From: Ptychodera flava
Lineage: Eukaryota
DNA length: 64,000 bases
Direction of reading: 5' to 3'
Assembly: GCF_041260155.1 (NCBI RefSeq)
Contig: NC_091939.1
Span: forward strand, 23,835,744-23,899,743
Shown: one piece after another, positions 27,174 to 40,270 of the stretch
Layout: each line of letters opens with the position of its first letter
Position numbering within the stretch: position 1 is the first letter of the stretch
Notes under the pieces: generated by a model
The model's input: only the letters and a program-made list of their open reading frames with translations
Database searches by the model: none
What the model was told of the DNA's origin: nothing
Made by a program: the position numbers and the translations under genes

Positions 27174-28750
27174 CTACATAGAGGAAATGAGAGAAATTAC
27201 GTAATTACAATGTACGTTTACCATCGTCTCTAACTCTGTTGTTACACTTTCACTATTTTTGTCAAAATAGTTGAGTAAAAGAAAAAGGCAAATTATTTAA
27301 ACGCTGCCAAAAGTGAAGTTCAGAAACTATTATAGATGTAACAAAAATCTGTGTGTTTTCATTAACAAACCCTCAGGAAACAGGTAGGTCAGTTGGGAAC
27401 TTATTGTTTTTAATTTTTATATGAGTGTGACATCAAAAGAAAGCAAAATTTAGCAAAATCATGCACGATTTTTGAAAATGCGAGAAAAAGAAGTTCGGGA
27501 TTGGAGGGTTGTAAATAGGGTAGATTGGTTTACCAGAAACTAACATGTTTTTTTAAATTTGGTTTATGGTACTGATTGTACACTTTAGAAACACCTTTGC
27601 ACACACTTCAACTCTTTTACAGGTGCTACATGATGACACGTGCATTCGTAAAAGTTGTAGCCGATATATGTCCAAGGTAGGTGAAGAAGAAAAACATTTT
27701 GTTCAGGGGACTACCGTAATTGGTAAACCCAGAAAGCGCAGTGTCGGCACCAACACAAATTAAGAGCTCGCTGAAATGATTTGACTATCGAAGGAAAGGT
27801 CAGTGTGCAGTAAATGACCATGTCATACATGTACATGTAGTTCAAGACAAGGGTCACTATAATTTGTGTGAACAAGGGTCACTATACAGTATGTGAACAC
27901 AAACAGGACAGGCATGCAATGTGTGCATGTAAAATTTAATCGCACACTGAATGCTAAACTGCGAAACCCTATTTGGAATACGAAAGGAAAGAATGATCAG
28001 CGATACAAAAAAAGGCGACAATGGGGGAACAGTTTGCCAGCTGAGAACACAAAGGCGGCACCTGCCTGTGAGTCTGTTAAAGCTTTATACATCAAATCAA
28101 GACACTTGTGATGCTTTATGAATTTAATCTAAAAATTGGAATCCTTTGCACATTACAGCTGGGTCTCAGAAATCAAGAATTTCATGTCAAAAATAGGCTT
28201 TCCATCCTCAGTTATAATGACACAAAGGATAAATGAAAGCGGAAATGTGCGGCCATGAGAATTGTTCAGCAAATGAAACATTTTTTAACTAAAGTTGAAT
28301 TTTGTTTCATATCTCTTCTGTGTTAAGCACATCTCCAAAAACATGAGTTATCCAAATTAAAAACAACTATTGATCGTGACTGTACTTTTTGATATTACAA
28401 AAACAGGGATGACAGCACTAACATTCAGACTGTACATAAGCACTGAATAGATGGCTTATCAAATAGGGCTGTTTGCAAATGACGTCATTTTTCTTTCAAT
28501 AATATGCAAAACTAAATATTTGTCTGCATTTTCCGCAAGAACGACAAAAATAAATCCTGTTGGGGTTACATGTACAATGGATACTAAAAGTCACACTAAT
28601 TTATGGATACAAGCTACAACAACAGCCATACATAACTTTAAAATTTGTCTGAATTTCAAGCAGTAGTGTCTGATGTCACGTGCATGCTGCTCTATTTAGT
28701 AACAAACCTGAAATCGAGAACAGCGCTATTGATTGGACTGCTAGCTACTA

Positions 28751-28800
28751 CCCCCCTACCCCCCCCCCCCCCCCCCACCACCCAACCACCATCCAACCAA
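28751..28800. repeat. Poly-C and C-rich tract of about 30 C, 30-70 nt into DPH1 intron 5.
   Basis: Read directly. On the opposite strand it produces a PPPPPP/GGGGGG fake ORF. Confidence 0.9.
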
Positions 28801-28826
28801 CCCGGAGAAAAAAGGACCAAGCATAC

Positions 28827-28948
28827 CCAAGCAACTATGGCCATAGTGAACCATCAGGTCAGCTCCGAGGGCTTTAGCCGTATAATCATCCACACAACAT
28901 GCTCCATAGGTAACATCTCCCATTATCAAAGTGTCTGCATCCGTAAAC
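28827..28948 (-). CDS. DPH1: DPH1 exon 5, encoding (R)[40 protein letters not shown] plus g.
   Basis: [13 protein letters not shown]...HYGHSCL is the conserved DPH1 core containing the first Fe-S ligand cysteine motif. The acceptor is tttttttcttcacttctgcgcag|G and the donor is TTGG|gtatgc. It lies inside listed ORF 28756..29034(-). Confidence 0.9.
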
Positions 28949-30429
28949 CTGCGCAGAAGTGAAGAAAAAAATTTGAAGGGATTATGAAGACCTTCATCAT
29001 CAGTGTAATACACAAAATGCCTTCTGGGAAGCATTGCATTTATATTTTATGCCTTTTTAATTTAAGGTACAATGTAACTCATCAACATGGGCTCTAAAAA
29101 TTTTTCTCATACTTTGCTGTTTTGGTGTTGTGTGGATGTACTTTGCAATCTACAGAGTATCAAAATGAAGGTCTTATCAATGTTGTTTATGTGAGAATAA
29201 AAAAATTCTTAATTTTTTCCCCAGAAGTTAACGTTGGGAATGGCAGCCATTTTGAATTTCAAATTTTGGGCAGTTCAGCAAAACAAGGCAATACTGAAGT
29301 CCATTGGGCTTACACCAAACAATTTTATAAATCAACACAGGAAGACTGAAGACTCGTGGACACACCTTTCAAACTAAAACTGATTTTCTTGGGGGGCTCT
29401 AACTAATGAGTGATAGTATGACTGAACTACTTAGGTTACTAACAATTCAAACAAAATTTCTTGTACCCGCTACATGTAATCTTCAGTCTTGCCATCAACA
29501 CAAACCAAGGGGTTTAGGTGTTCTACAAAGCTAGCCTCCTGAGAAACATTTCTTCGTTAAAGAAGAATGGGTCTGGATTCCCTAGGGTGTACCCGAACCA
29601 CAAAGCATGTAAACAGTTTTTCTCAGATATTAATGTTTAGATCCTTGGAGGTGATGTTAGTCCTCCTGCACTCCAAGGCATTCTGATTGCTTCTGATTTG
29701 GGGAGTTTTTGTTTGATGTTCATGAGCTTTATTACAGCCAGAAGCAGCGTGTTCAAGCTATGTGCGGCACACTCCGGCAAACATCCGGATGGTTACAATA
29801 CTTGTTGGGGTTCGTTTTGAAAGCTCATGGAGTTAAGACAGTTTTCAATGGCTTATCTTTTTCAAATCATGAATTTTAATTTTTCCCCATGGAGTTAACA
29901 CAGAGATGGCAGCCATTTTGATTTTCAAGCGTCAGTGAATATCTGGCATTTGTTTCTCTACTAACACATTTTGCACAGTGGCCACTTGTTTAGACTAAAA
30001 GATTAGGTTGTGTGTGCATTCTCTGCCAACTAAAACCCAACTTCAAACAATGACTGAAGGCACAGTGTAGATTACTCGGAGAACTCACAGAAATGAGGTA
30101 TTGCTGAACAGGCTTCTCAAACATGCAAAACGCAGCTTTAACCCTTTCACCGCCATGGTTTGGTCCAAACCCATTGTTATCAATGGTAAGCGTGGACCTG
30201 TTTACAAGGAATTGGGGGTGTACAGGTTAACCTAAATATTAATGAAGCCCAGTTACATGATAACTTGGAGTCCTATCATCCTCTCTTGAAGCCTATATGC
30301 TGTTACATAAACTAAACTGTGAAATGTGATTGGTTCCGACAAGGTTTTATTGGAGAACGGACATTCAACACTGCGCCTTCGGTCATTGTTTAGGTTTGAG
30401 TTGGCAGAGACTCATACACAATTGAATCT

Positions 30430-30540
30430 TTCAGTCTAACCCTTATTTTTAGTCTTGATTTCGAGGCAAATAATTTAAAGTTTCCCCCACAGAAAATTTA
30501 TCAAAAGTTTTTTCTTTCAGTTGCAAGGCACATACTACCT
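30430..30540 (-). mobile_element. MITE family A, 5'-half fragment.
   Basis: It contains cgaggcaaataatttaaagtttccccc and ends gcacatactacc. Confidence 0.4.
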
Positions 30541-30623
30541 TATAATGTCACTGTGAGCAATTTTTGTCGGGGTGGTTCTCTCAGAGATGATTATAATCGA
30601 AGGGCATAACAATTACACCGTAC

Positions 30624-30687
30624 CTTTCTATAATATCAGCTATTGCGCATGCAAAGAGTAACAAGCCTTCTGGGAATTGAAGAGCCA
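30624..30687 (-). CDS. DPH1: DPH1 exon 4, encoding (V)[20 protein letters not shown] plus ag.
   Basis: This matches human [21 protein letters not shown](R). The acceptor is tctcttttgtcttacag|TG and the donor is AAAG|gtacgg. Phases are consistent with exons 3 and 5. Confidence 0.9.
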
Positions 30688-31125
30688 CTGTAAGACAAAA
30701 GAGATAGCATTTGACGTTCTTTCTGTGAGCTCAGCTGTTCATTATATTTGCAGTCCTGCAGAGGTGTCAGTGTTTTACACAGTTCAGAAAACCAGAGGGA
30801 CGACAAATCTACATAACAATATATAATTTGCATATTCTTTTGTGGTGGAATTGTATTTTTTGATACAGAGGGGTGGTCCAACACTCAAAATCCCCTTGTG
30901 ACTCTATAAGCTTGCATGAAAGCCACATGTATGTACCATGTGAGCTTATGTCAGGTAGGCATTTCTTTCGTAGGCTTTTACCATGATATTGAAGTACCGA
31001 TGTCATGAAAGTTCCATTAGCTATAACTTCTGATGCACTTTACAGGATATTTTTGTTCTGCCTGTGATGTGAAGTTAGCTGTTCAAATCCAAATACCCTT
31101 TTGAAATGCCTGATGTTCAAGTAGT

Positions 31126-31905
31126 CAACACTGCCTGCATGTGTGTGTGAGTAACGTCCAATGTGATTGGTGAGCAACACTGCCTGCATGTGTGTGTAAC
31201 ATCCGATGTGATTGGTGAGCAACACTGCCTGCATCTGTGTAATGTCCGATGTGATTGGTGAGCAACACTGCCTGCATGTGTGTAATGTCTGATGTGATTG
31301 GTGAGCAACACTGCCTGCATGTAATGTCCGATATGATTGGTGAGCAACACTGCCTGCATGTGTGTAATGTCCAATGTGATTGGTGAGCAACACTGCCTGC
31401 ATGTGTGGAATGTCTGATGTGATTGGTGAGCAACACTGCCTGCATGTGTGTAATGTCCGATGTAATTGGTGAGCAACACTGCCTGCATGTGTGTAATGTC
31501 TGATATGATTGGTGAGCATCACTGCCTGCATCTGTGTAATGTCCGATGTGATTGGTGAGCAACACTGCCTGCATGTGTGTAATGTCCGATGTGATTGGTG
31601 AGCAACACTGCCTGCATGTGTGTAATGTCTGATATGATTGGTGAGCATCACTGCCTGCATCTGTGTAATGTCCGATGTGATTGGTGAGCAACACTGCCTG
31701 CATGTGTGTAATGTCCGATGTAATCGGTGAGCAACACTGCCTGCATGTGTGTAATGTCTGATATGATTGGTGAGCAACACTGCCTGCATGTGTGTAATGT
31801 CCAATGTGATTGGTGAGCAACACTGCCTGCATGTGTGTAATGTCCGATGTAATCGGTGAGCAACACTGCCTGCATGTGTGTAATGTCTGATGTTATTGGT
31901 TACAA
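31126..31905. repeat. Minisatellite with an about 45-bp unit (TTGGTGAGCAACACTGCCTGCATGTGTGTAATGTCCGATGTGA) in about 17 copies.
   Basis: The periodicity is visible directly in the sequence. It produces several overlapping fake ORFs of 120-250 aa on the minus strand. Confidence 0.9.
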
Positions 31906-32029
31906 CTGAATTTCAGTCGAGACTAGAATTTATTTATCAACAATAATAATATTGCACATTGTACAAATGCTGCATCATGTTGTTAAGGCTTATATTTTGT
32001 TTGGGGACAAGGATAAGAAAGTGCATATG

Positions 32030-32300
32030 TTTAACTCTTTGGGTGCCAAGTCAATTTTTGTTGCATTTTACTCAGTGTAAATATAACACAGATAAGTTTT
32101 TTTTAGTTCAAGACAATTTCTTTTACCTTTTTTTCCCAAAAATTTGATCGAAAAATGTTGCCAACAAAAAGTTATGTCCATGTGATCCAAAATCATCAAA
32201 ATAATTGCAGGAAAGTTCATAAAAATTCGTAAACTGATACACCAAAATTTTGGCGGGAAAAATTACAGGACTCAAAGGTTTATACATCAGAAATGATGAA
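32030..32300 (+). repeat. Dispersed repeat family C, copy 2.
   Basis: See 18990-19260. Confidence 0.55.
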
Positions 32301-32783
32301 AAATCCAGTAACAATCAGAGTTTTGATAAAACTGAGTACATGTGCATGATGGCATTTGTTCAGTGAACATTACAGAAAAAATCTGGCACCATCATGAAAC
32401 AACATGAAACTTTGTGAAACAGCTGACATACATCCTACTAGTGTATTCTGAAATGACCTATAGTTATGATCAACTTTAAGGCTTTAAATTAACTGGTGAA
32501 AAAACTTTGCAACGAGTAACCTGTTGCACAGCCCCTAAAAGTGACCATGCAAATTGGCCAACCCCTGTCACCTTATTGAAATGACGAACAGAAACTGTCA
32601 TGAAATGTCATGAAATTACCAGTTTTTAACAATTCAATGAACCAACTTTTCATGTTGAAATGACAAATGGTTTACTTGCATATCGGTATGTAACTGGGGG
32701 AATTTTATGTAACTTAACATGTACATTGTCATGCACACCATTGACTGACTCTCAGCAGTCTGTTTGGAAATGTTTCACCTTAC

Positions 32784-32853
32784 CTCGTTTTGCACCAGTC
32801 ACTTGTATCCTCCAAATTGTCTTTGGTATTTCAAAATTGTAGTTTGATGGCAG
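32784..32853 (-). CDS. DPH1: DPH1 exon 3, encoding LPSNYNFEIPKTIWRIQVTGAKR plus 1 nt.
   Basis: LPSNYNFEIPKTIWRIQ is identical to human DPH1. The acceptor is tttacag|CTG and the donor is cgag|gtaagg. It starts in phase 0 and ends with 1 nt. Confidence 0.9.
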
Positions 32854-32989
32854 CTGTAAATCACAGACAGACTTAAGTGAACACAGCATGCCAAATGGAA
32901 TGCATTAGAAGCATGGTCTAGAAGCGAATACACACTGGTTAAACTTCCACCAAATCTGAAGTATTACCAATGTACTGGTACTGAGTACA

Positions 32990-35341
32990 TACCAAACCAA
33001 GTGGGTGAAAATACATATGGTTTTGGCCCAATACCGCTTTTCAATGACTTGGCAGATGGGGAAGCGACATGTCTGGCAGGTAAAGCGTTAAATGAGCAAA
33101 TAATTAACGATGAGCATATTATACTAGCCAAACTTTCACCGTAATTAACCCTTTTCCTACCAGACAGTAATAACTGTATCACTTCCCTATCAGCCAAGTC
33201 AGTAAAAATAGCGCCAATGGCACTTGATCACAACTGGCACATTGTGAAACTACTCTATCTCTGGGTACACCTGTACATGAAATACTGAATGGGTAGGTGC
33301 TGCGGTTTGGAGTTTGTCAGTAAATGCACACAAAAACAAAGTCCCGAAGTAGCGAATTCCAGCCATTTTCAAACCACACTGTTTGTCAGTGGGGTAAGCA
33401 ATATTCACAAAAATCACATTTCCAGGCTAATAGACTATGTTTTACGAAATCACACGTCCTTATCACAAAATAAAACAATCTTTGTCTTTAAATCAATGCG
33501 CCAGTAAACAGGTCCAGCAGCTAGTTATGTCATCAAGTCTGTAATGTTAAGGTACTAACAAATGTGAGAAATCTAAAACATTAAATATGTTGATTTTTAT
33601 CAATTTTATTACCAAAAGCGCATGAAATCTCTGATACTTTGAATCAGCCATCCTGCATATTTCTAACATTCATCAAAACTCATTTCTGTTCCACAACTCA
33701 TTAATAGTCCACAATGCAGGATTGGTGTACATTCCAAAACTACATATATGAAAGACCCCTAAAATCAATTAGTTAAAGGGGGGTTAGAAATTTCCCAAAA
33801 CTATATAACCGCTGCTCCGTTTGGCTCCATTTTCGGAATCGGAACCTTGGAACCAGTCTGAATATCTGTACCAAATATCAATGCAGTCTGTTCAGCGGTT
33901 TTTTGACTTTTTGTCGTTTACGGAAAATGGACACTGTCCAAACACCGGTTGAAGCTAACCCTATATCACAACTTCCAGATGTGATAATGACCTATGGTCA
34001 TTATGTTAAAAATATACCGCCAATGGCGCATGGACATAATGACCGCCTAGTATTATTGGCATTTATCAACAACCACACTCACTGTGAATTAGACAGACCA
34101 CGAAGTCAATGAGCAACATATAGCTGAAAGACTATTTTTCACATTGCGATGTTAAGCTCATTTTTATGAGAAAAGAGACATGTATATGTATATGGAGAAA
34201 AAGCAGAAGACATATTTGTAAATTGTTTGTTAAGTGACAATCATATATGCATCTCTTGAAATTTTGTGGTTATAAGGTATAACACTAGTGTAAGAATAAT
34301 GAGGTTAGAATAAGTTAGTAAAGCTAAGTTGACAGTAATTAAGATTACAAATTATACACTAAGCTGGGTAAATCTGAATGAAATAAATGTTGAAAAGTAG
34401 CAAAGTCATGGTCATCTTTTGTCTAATACCTTGTGTAAGTTCATGAACTTTACATAAATCTTGCTGTAGATTTGTTGCTAATGGGCAATAACTGTGTTTC
34501 AGATCATTTGAGAGCAATCCATCCATGACAGCTTTAAATTGTTATGTACTTCTATTTAAAGGACAGAAACTTCTCAAATAATTTTTTTCCCTGTAATTTG
34601 CTGTGAGAACACATGGACAGATGCTCAGGACTCTATGCTGGTGCTACCTGATAACTAACCTACAACTTGTAACGTCATTGTCTAACCTGTTCACCCCCAA
34701 TTTCCTGTAGACAGGTCCACACTCTCCATTGATAACAATGGGTTTGGCCATACCATTGTAGTGAAAGACTGTAACATGTGAGGTTGTGGATACTTAATCT
34801 CTGGAATGTCAAAGTCTGTATATTGACTCAAGGATGTTTACTTAACAAATGCCTAGGGTCATCTCAAAAGTGAGAATCTAAACTATGAAATATGTTTTTT
34901 TTAATGCTTTTGATGCCCAAAAGAGCATAGAAATCTCTTATACTTCGAATCAGCCATCCTGCATATTTCTAACATTCATCAAAACCTCATTTCTGTTCCA
35001 CAACTCATAAAACAGTCCACAATGCAGGATTGGTGTACATTCCAAAACTACATATATGAAAGACCCCTAAAATCAATTAGTTAAAAAGGGGGGTTAGAAA
35101 TTTCCCAAAACTATATAACCGCTGCTCCGTTTGGCTCCATTTTTCCGAATTGGAACCTTGGAACCAGTCTACGTATCAGCATCAAATATCAACGCAGTCT
35201 GTTCAGCAGTTTTTGACTTTTTGTCGTTTACGGAAATGGACGACATCAAACACCGGTTGAAACCGTCTCTATATCACAACTTCCAGTTGTGATAAAAAGC
35301 GGTATTGAGCCAAAACATGACGTACCCACTTGGCTTGGTAT
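32990..35341. mobile_element. Element of about 2.35 kb with about 45-bp TIRs (cataccaaaccaagtgggt... / ...acccacttggcttggtatg). It contains a 430-bp internal direct duplication (33560-34000 and 34860-35300).
   Basis: 32990-33040 is the reverse complement of 35298-35341. The duplicated blocks are over 90% identical by eye. Confidence 0.45.
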
Positions 35342-36114
35342 GTTATATCATCTTTTGTCCAAAAAAAATCAACTTTACAGTATTGTTTTCAACAGCCTTC
35401 AAATGTACAGTATTATGTTAAAATACATCATATGGAATACGTTGTCTTTCATTAATTTTAACCATCTTGACCTGGTGGTGAAATATGGACTTGGCAGGAA
35501 AAGGGTTAAAACTTAGCATGATCAATGTACCCAAGAAGTTAGGCTGATCAATTTTGTTGCGTTTAGTTTTGATACATGGCTCAGTTCAGAAATTTTTAAA
35601 TATGCAAATACGCTAATCCTGATATGTCACAACAAAAAAACTGTAAATATAATTAAAATGTTCTCCCAAGAACAATTAAGCATAGTGGCCATTGCTCTTC
35701 AATTTTTTTATGAAACAATGGAAGCTCATTGATACAACAATTATTTATGCAAATTTGTCACTCAGAAATTCTTGGGGAGACACTGCTGAATCTAAATGTA
35801 AGAAGTCCGTAAATTCAGCATAATCAGTTTTGCAGGCCAAAAGAGATTTTATGATGAATGGGTTGTGCACCAGCCTAAATCAATCACATTGTACACATGA
35901 GAAATAAGTACACATTTAGATACATGTACCAGTATTCACAAGAGAGAGTACTCAACGCTATTGCATGAAAAATAGTCGCTGAACAACCTGAACATCCTTG
36001 CAGGCCAAATCACGGACAGCCACGTTCACTGAAGCAAAATCTTGAGATGATACTAGCAAGGAAAGTCGTAGCAAGTGGCTGAAAAGTTGATCTTGTAACA
36101 AGGGTAGATATCCT

Positions 36115-36235
36115 TTGTGCTTTAACCTGTTCACCCAATTCCCTGTAAACAGGTCCACACTCACCATCGATAACAATGGGTTTGGGTCAAACCATTGTGG
36201 GGAAAGGGTTAAAGGTGCGATACACATTTGATTGG
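36115..36235. repeat. Short dispersed repeat family B (aaccctttcaccaccatggt...cccattgttatcgatggtgagtgtggacctgtttacagggaattgggtgaacaggtt). Other copies are at about 30140-30235, 34675-34760 and 8522-8600, with a fragment at 36595-36640.
   Basis: Blocks of 80-100 bp recur in both orientations. Confidence 0.5.
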
Positions 36236-36843
36236 ATTTATAGAAAGCAAACCACAGCACTAATTCCTTTGGGGACAAATTAATCATGGAATGAAAATTT
36301 ACAAATCTTTTTATTAAAAAAGGTGGGAGGCAGTTGAAGTATTAGAGCTTTTGCAGTATTGGAACATTGATGTGATGTGGTGGATGGGGCAGTAAAAGAG
36401 ATTTTATGATGAATGGGTTGTGCACCAGCCTAAATCAATCACATTGTACACATGAGAAATAAGTACACATTTAGATACATGTACCAGTATTCACAAGAGA
36501 GAGTACTCAACGCTATTGCATGAAAAATAGTCGCTGAACAACCTGAACATCCTTAATCGTTTCAAACCCCCCACCCCCCCTCCCCCCTCCCTAGAAAATA
36601 TTGGAATTGGTTCGGTACCATGGTGGTGAAAGGGTTAAAGGTATACAGTCACCTGTAATCTAAATATGCCCATATATGGTCAAAGGGACATTAATTGGTA
36701 TTCAAAATGCCCATGTGAGGGCGCTGTTTTTAAAAAGAGGCCACCGGCTTAAAATCTATGATTGGTTAGAGTTTATCTTTCCATGGCAACTGTGGCAAAA
36801 TTGGAACAGGTGACAGTATACCTTTAAAGCATTGGGTATTTAC

Positions 36844-36923
36844 CTGCTTGATTGCATTTTGAAGTTCTGTATTCTCCAGTATATCATTTGGTACTTGACT
36901 GGCAACCCTGAGATTTCTTCTCT
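36844..36923 (-). CDS. DPH1: DPH1 exon 2, encoding (E)RRNLRVASQVPNDILENTELQNAIKQ.
   Basis: The minus-strand translation matches human DPH1 [22 protein letters not shown]. The acceptor is ctttgtcaaacag| and the donor is cag|gtaaat, ending in phase 0. Confidence 0.8.
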
Positions 36924-39900
36924 CTGTTTGACAAAGGGAAAAAAAGTTGTCAATGATATGAAAAATAGTACCGTTACCAGACTGTCATGTTTTTCCAGGA
37001 AGTGAACAATTTCCGAAGAACATCTCAAGCTCTGAAGCAGTCATTTACAGTACATGTAATGTACAGCCACATGCTGAATTAGAGCGAATATTGTGATAAT
37101 TTAAGAATTTAAATTTTATATTCATTCTTGTAACATTCATCTATAAAGACACAACATAGTCATCTTAAAAGAAGAGCTGACAGTTGTTATTCTTAACAGA
37201 AAAAGTTGAACTTGTTGAAGAATCTTGACCATGACTGCAAATCAGTGTGCCCTCTAACAAACTTGTCTTTTTGGAAACTTTGCGTCATCTTGGGCAATTG
37301 TGGAAAATTCTTTGTGTCAGCCGTATATCTTTACATATAAACAAAAAAAATTGCTTGCGTCACAGGCAATTTGTTTGCATCAAGGCGAATCATATTGCCT
37401 TAGATGTACACTGCTGCAAATGTACACTATTGAGATTTTGATGACTGACTATGGACCAAAGTTTGGATCTGTGTGAGATTGTTGTATACGACCTGGGTGA
37501 CTGAAACTTGCTACACGTGTATGGCCATGTGCCGCAGCTCTCTCCTGGAGGATGCAATTTTACTGTTGTGAAAAACATGAAGCTGACACATGTTATATAA
37601 CAAATTCCCAGGCCACTTAATTAATGAGCAACACTTTTTCCTAGTTGCACAACAGACAGGAATAACACACTTCGCTGAACTGTACATCTACACTTTTATA
37701 ACAAGCTACCTAACAGCCGATACAGCTTGGCTACTACTAAATATTATATATTGTGCAATTATGATGAAATCTGCAATTTTGTATTTTGGGGCAATTTTTG
37801 CCATTTCGACAGCGAAGCGAAAATAACCTGACCTTTTCCAGGAGGGCCTCTGCATCTTTTATACATTTTGAAACAACCATTGATGCAAGAATAAAAACAA
37901 AACAGGATTCTACCTATCCAAAGTTTCCTTCAATGCTGTGCTACTTACACTTTTACAGCTAGCTGTGTTGTGCATTTCTTGTAAAAACTGACTGTGTCAC
38001 AATACAAGAGAAAAGATGGTGTTCAAATCTTGTGCTCTGCAGGAGTCAATTAGGTTGCATTATACGATATTTCTGTAATCCAAGACAAACGGTGGTTGTA
38101 ATTCTCTTTCTGACCAGTCAGCTGTTCTGGCCGATGCACAAGATTTGGGCGCAATCTTCTGTGTCACTGGGTCAGACCATGGAGCTACCAAAAAGTCTTT
38201 TGGTAGCTCTGTGGTCAGATGTACTATGTAGTGAGGCAACTGCCAGTAAACGAGAATGGCAAAGAACAAGCAAATGTGGAAATGTCACCAACTCTACACC
38301 TGAATTTAAGTAAGGTGGATTTGTAAATGTACAAAAAGTGTGAATAAGCCCCTTAGTACAGAATTTACCCTCAGTGGTAACATTTGGCCATCAGAGAGAT
38401 TTCCATGCACTATTCCGCATATTAACTCTATATTTCTTGACAATATCCAGCATCAAACTATCCTCATCAAACATTCACTCACTGGTTTTCATCTTGTACG
38501 TGTCAGTGGAAGTGAGGAAGTGATGCAGCGTTGTATGATAGCAGATGGCAGAGCTAACAACTACGGTACATCCTTCAAGCAATCAATTCGTCAAGGATAG
38601 CAGAATCCTCTCTTTTGAGTAGCTGATGACGCATGAGAGTTCCTGCACACTCCAAGCAGCAAAGACTCTGTACTGCTGGCCTTGAACATTTCAACGTCAC
38701 TGTTTTTACAGTCCTGAAGAAGAGCTGCGTATCTACGTATTATATGTTATTACTGCATAATATGGGCCTCCGGCCCTTATATGTTTACCAAATACAGTGT
38801 CAATCAGTCATACAAAACAAGTTTGAAAAGATTATTGAAGTGCAACAAATTTTCTCGTAAACAGACTTTGTCTCTAATTTTGAAGGCGTGAAAAATAAAT
38901 AATGCTAAATTCTTAATCAAAGACTTGTCATTTGTTTTCATTAATATGTTGAATTGATAATGTGATGGTAATCTACAAAATTTCTTTGGAAGGTACTTTT
39001 CTCTTCAGTTATCCCATGCCGAACAAATAAAAAGAAAGTGACATTCATCTTCTATTTCTTTACAACATAATTTACAAAGCCTATATTCTTTATCAATTCC
39101 TCTGTGTCGTCCAGTTTCTATTTCCAATGGATGACTAAGTCTTTGGATGTAAACATTTCAAGTTATTAGTTAGCGTAAATGAGAAAACCAGTTACTACAG
39201 GAATTTTAAAACAGAGCTAAATTTAGAAATGTATCTTTGATGTATTGATTTATATAAATATTGTAGAGCATTGTCTAGATCCAGATGAAACATTTGTATG
39301 TCCAATGTTGACACATGCCATACCGCTCCCTGTTGTGATAGCAAGTCTAATGTCAGAACACAGCGGAAGACCCTTCACAGCAAATGTCACAAAGAAATTC
39401 CATGTGAACCAAAGAAAATAAGACCATCTACTGATAAAGAAGAGCTAGATGAATATCATCCACTTCTACATTCACCTGGCGTGGAATTCAAACCTACTTG
39501 GATGCATACAGCCACCACCTCTTCTATGCGCGATAACCACCACAGAATAGTTAGCCCGGAGTTCTATGTGTTACTCCATGAGCAGGTTAGTTGCAATAAT
39601 TGTAGCTCACAGGCTGTGTGCTGGCTTTTTCTGTTGTGTACATTGGCTGTGTACCCAGCCTGTCATGTTGGCTGTGTAACGCTGGCCCGTAGGCACTACA
39701 CAACATGATAGAAAAAGCAGGCGAACGACCTATGGACTATAATTATTGCAGCTACAGTACTTAAACAGGTAGTTTCTTGGTAAGCTCTTTGACGTGCACT
39801 GTCTGTTTGATACAATCTTTTGAACATATTATGTCGTATTGATACAATATTAATAGTGCAAAGATCTAGGCCTAAATGCTTTTGCTGCATGTTTTGTAAA

Positions 39901-39989
39901 TATGTGAGAGAGATTTTCTGATCATTGGCTCAAGGGGCCTTGGTCCTCTCGTCTCGGGCCGGGTTTTCCAGTGAGCCAGGTACTAGCCT

Positions 39990-40270
39990 ACGGGCTTGGC
40001 CAGCCATACTTTTGGTACAAGCAGTGGGTAAGTGAACCAGGGAATGCGCTAGTTATCTTCTTCAGGTTCTAGCTAGTGAGTTAATGAAACAGAGGCTGGG
40101 CGAGCCATCTTTTTTTGGGTACCAGCCAGGGGGGCTATGATACAGAGGTTGTGTCTGTCTTACGTGGATATGATACACGCCACTGGACTAGTGAACTAGG
40201 AGGGGCTGAGCCAGCCATTTTTGGGGTACCAGCTGGTGGGCTAATGAAAGAGAGACTGGATACTGATCCA
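39990..40270. repeat. Tandem repeat of about 105 bp in about 2.7 copies (gccagccat.cttttggt.ccagc.gtggg...ctgg).
   Basis: Copies start at about 40003, 40103 and 40213. Confidence 0.5.

Noticed and set aside
28949-29034. Upstream extension of DPH1 exon 5 within ORF 28756..29034 ([30 protein letters not shown]).
   Set aside because: Its resemblance to ALQMPEGLL...ILERF is superficial; the FFSSLLRR stretch is a translated polypyrimidine tract. The true [20 protein letters not shown] block is a separate exon at 30624-30687, and the acceptor cag|G at 28949/28948 fits the phase.
31040-31875. Listed minus-strand ORFs of 254, 235, 123 and 75 aa (MDITHMQAVLLTNHIRHYTHAGSVAH...).
   Set aside because: They lie entirely within the 45-bp minisatellite. 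The peptides are periodic translations of the repeat unit in several frames, so they are not genes.
39298-39708. ORF 39298..39708(+), 136 aa.
   Set aside because: It has no recognisable domain, its composition is low-complexity and it sits in DPH1 intron 1 among repeats. It could not be supported as an exon or a gene.
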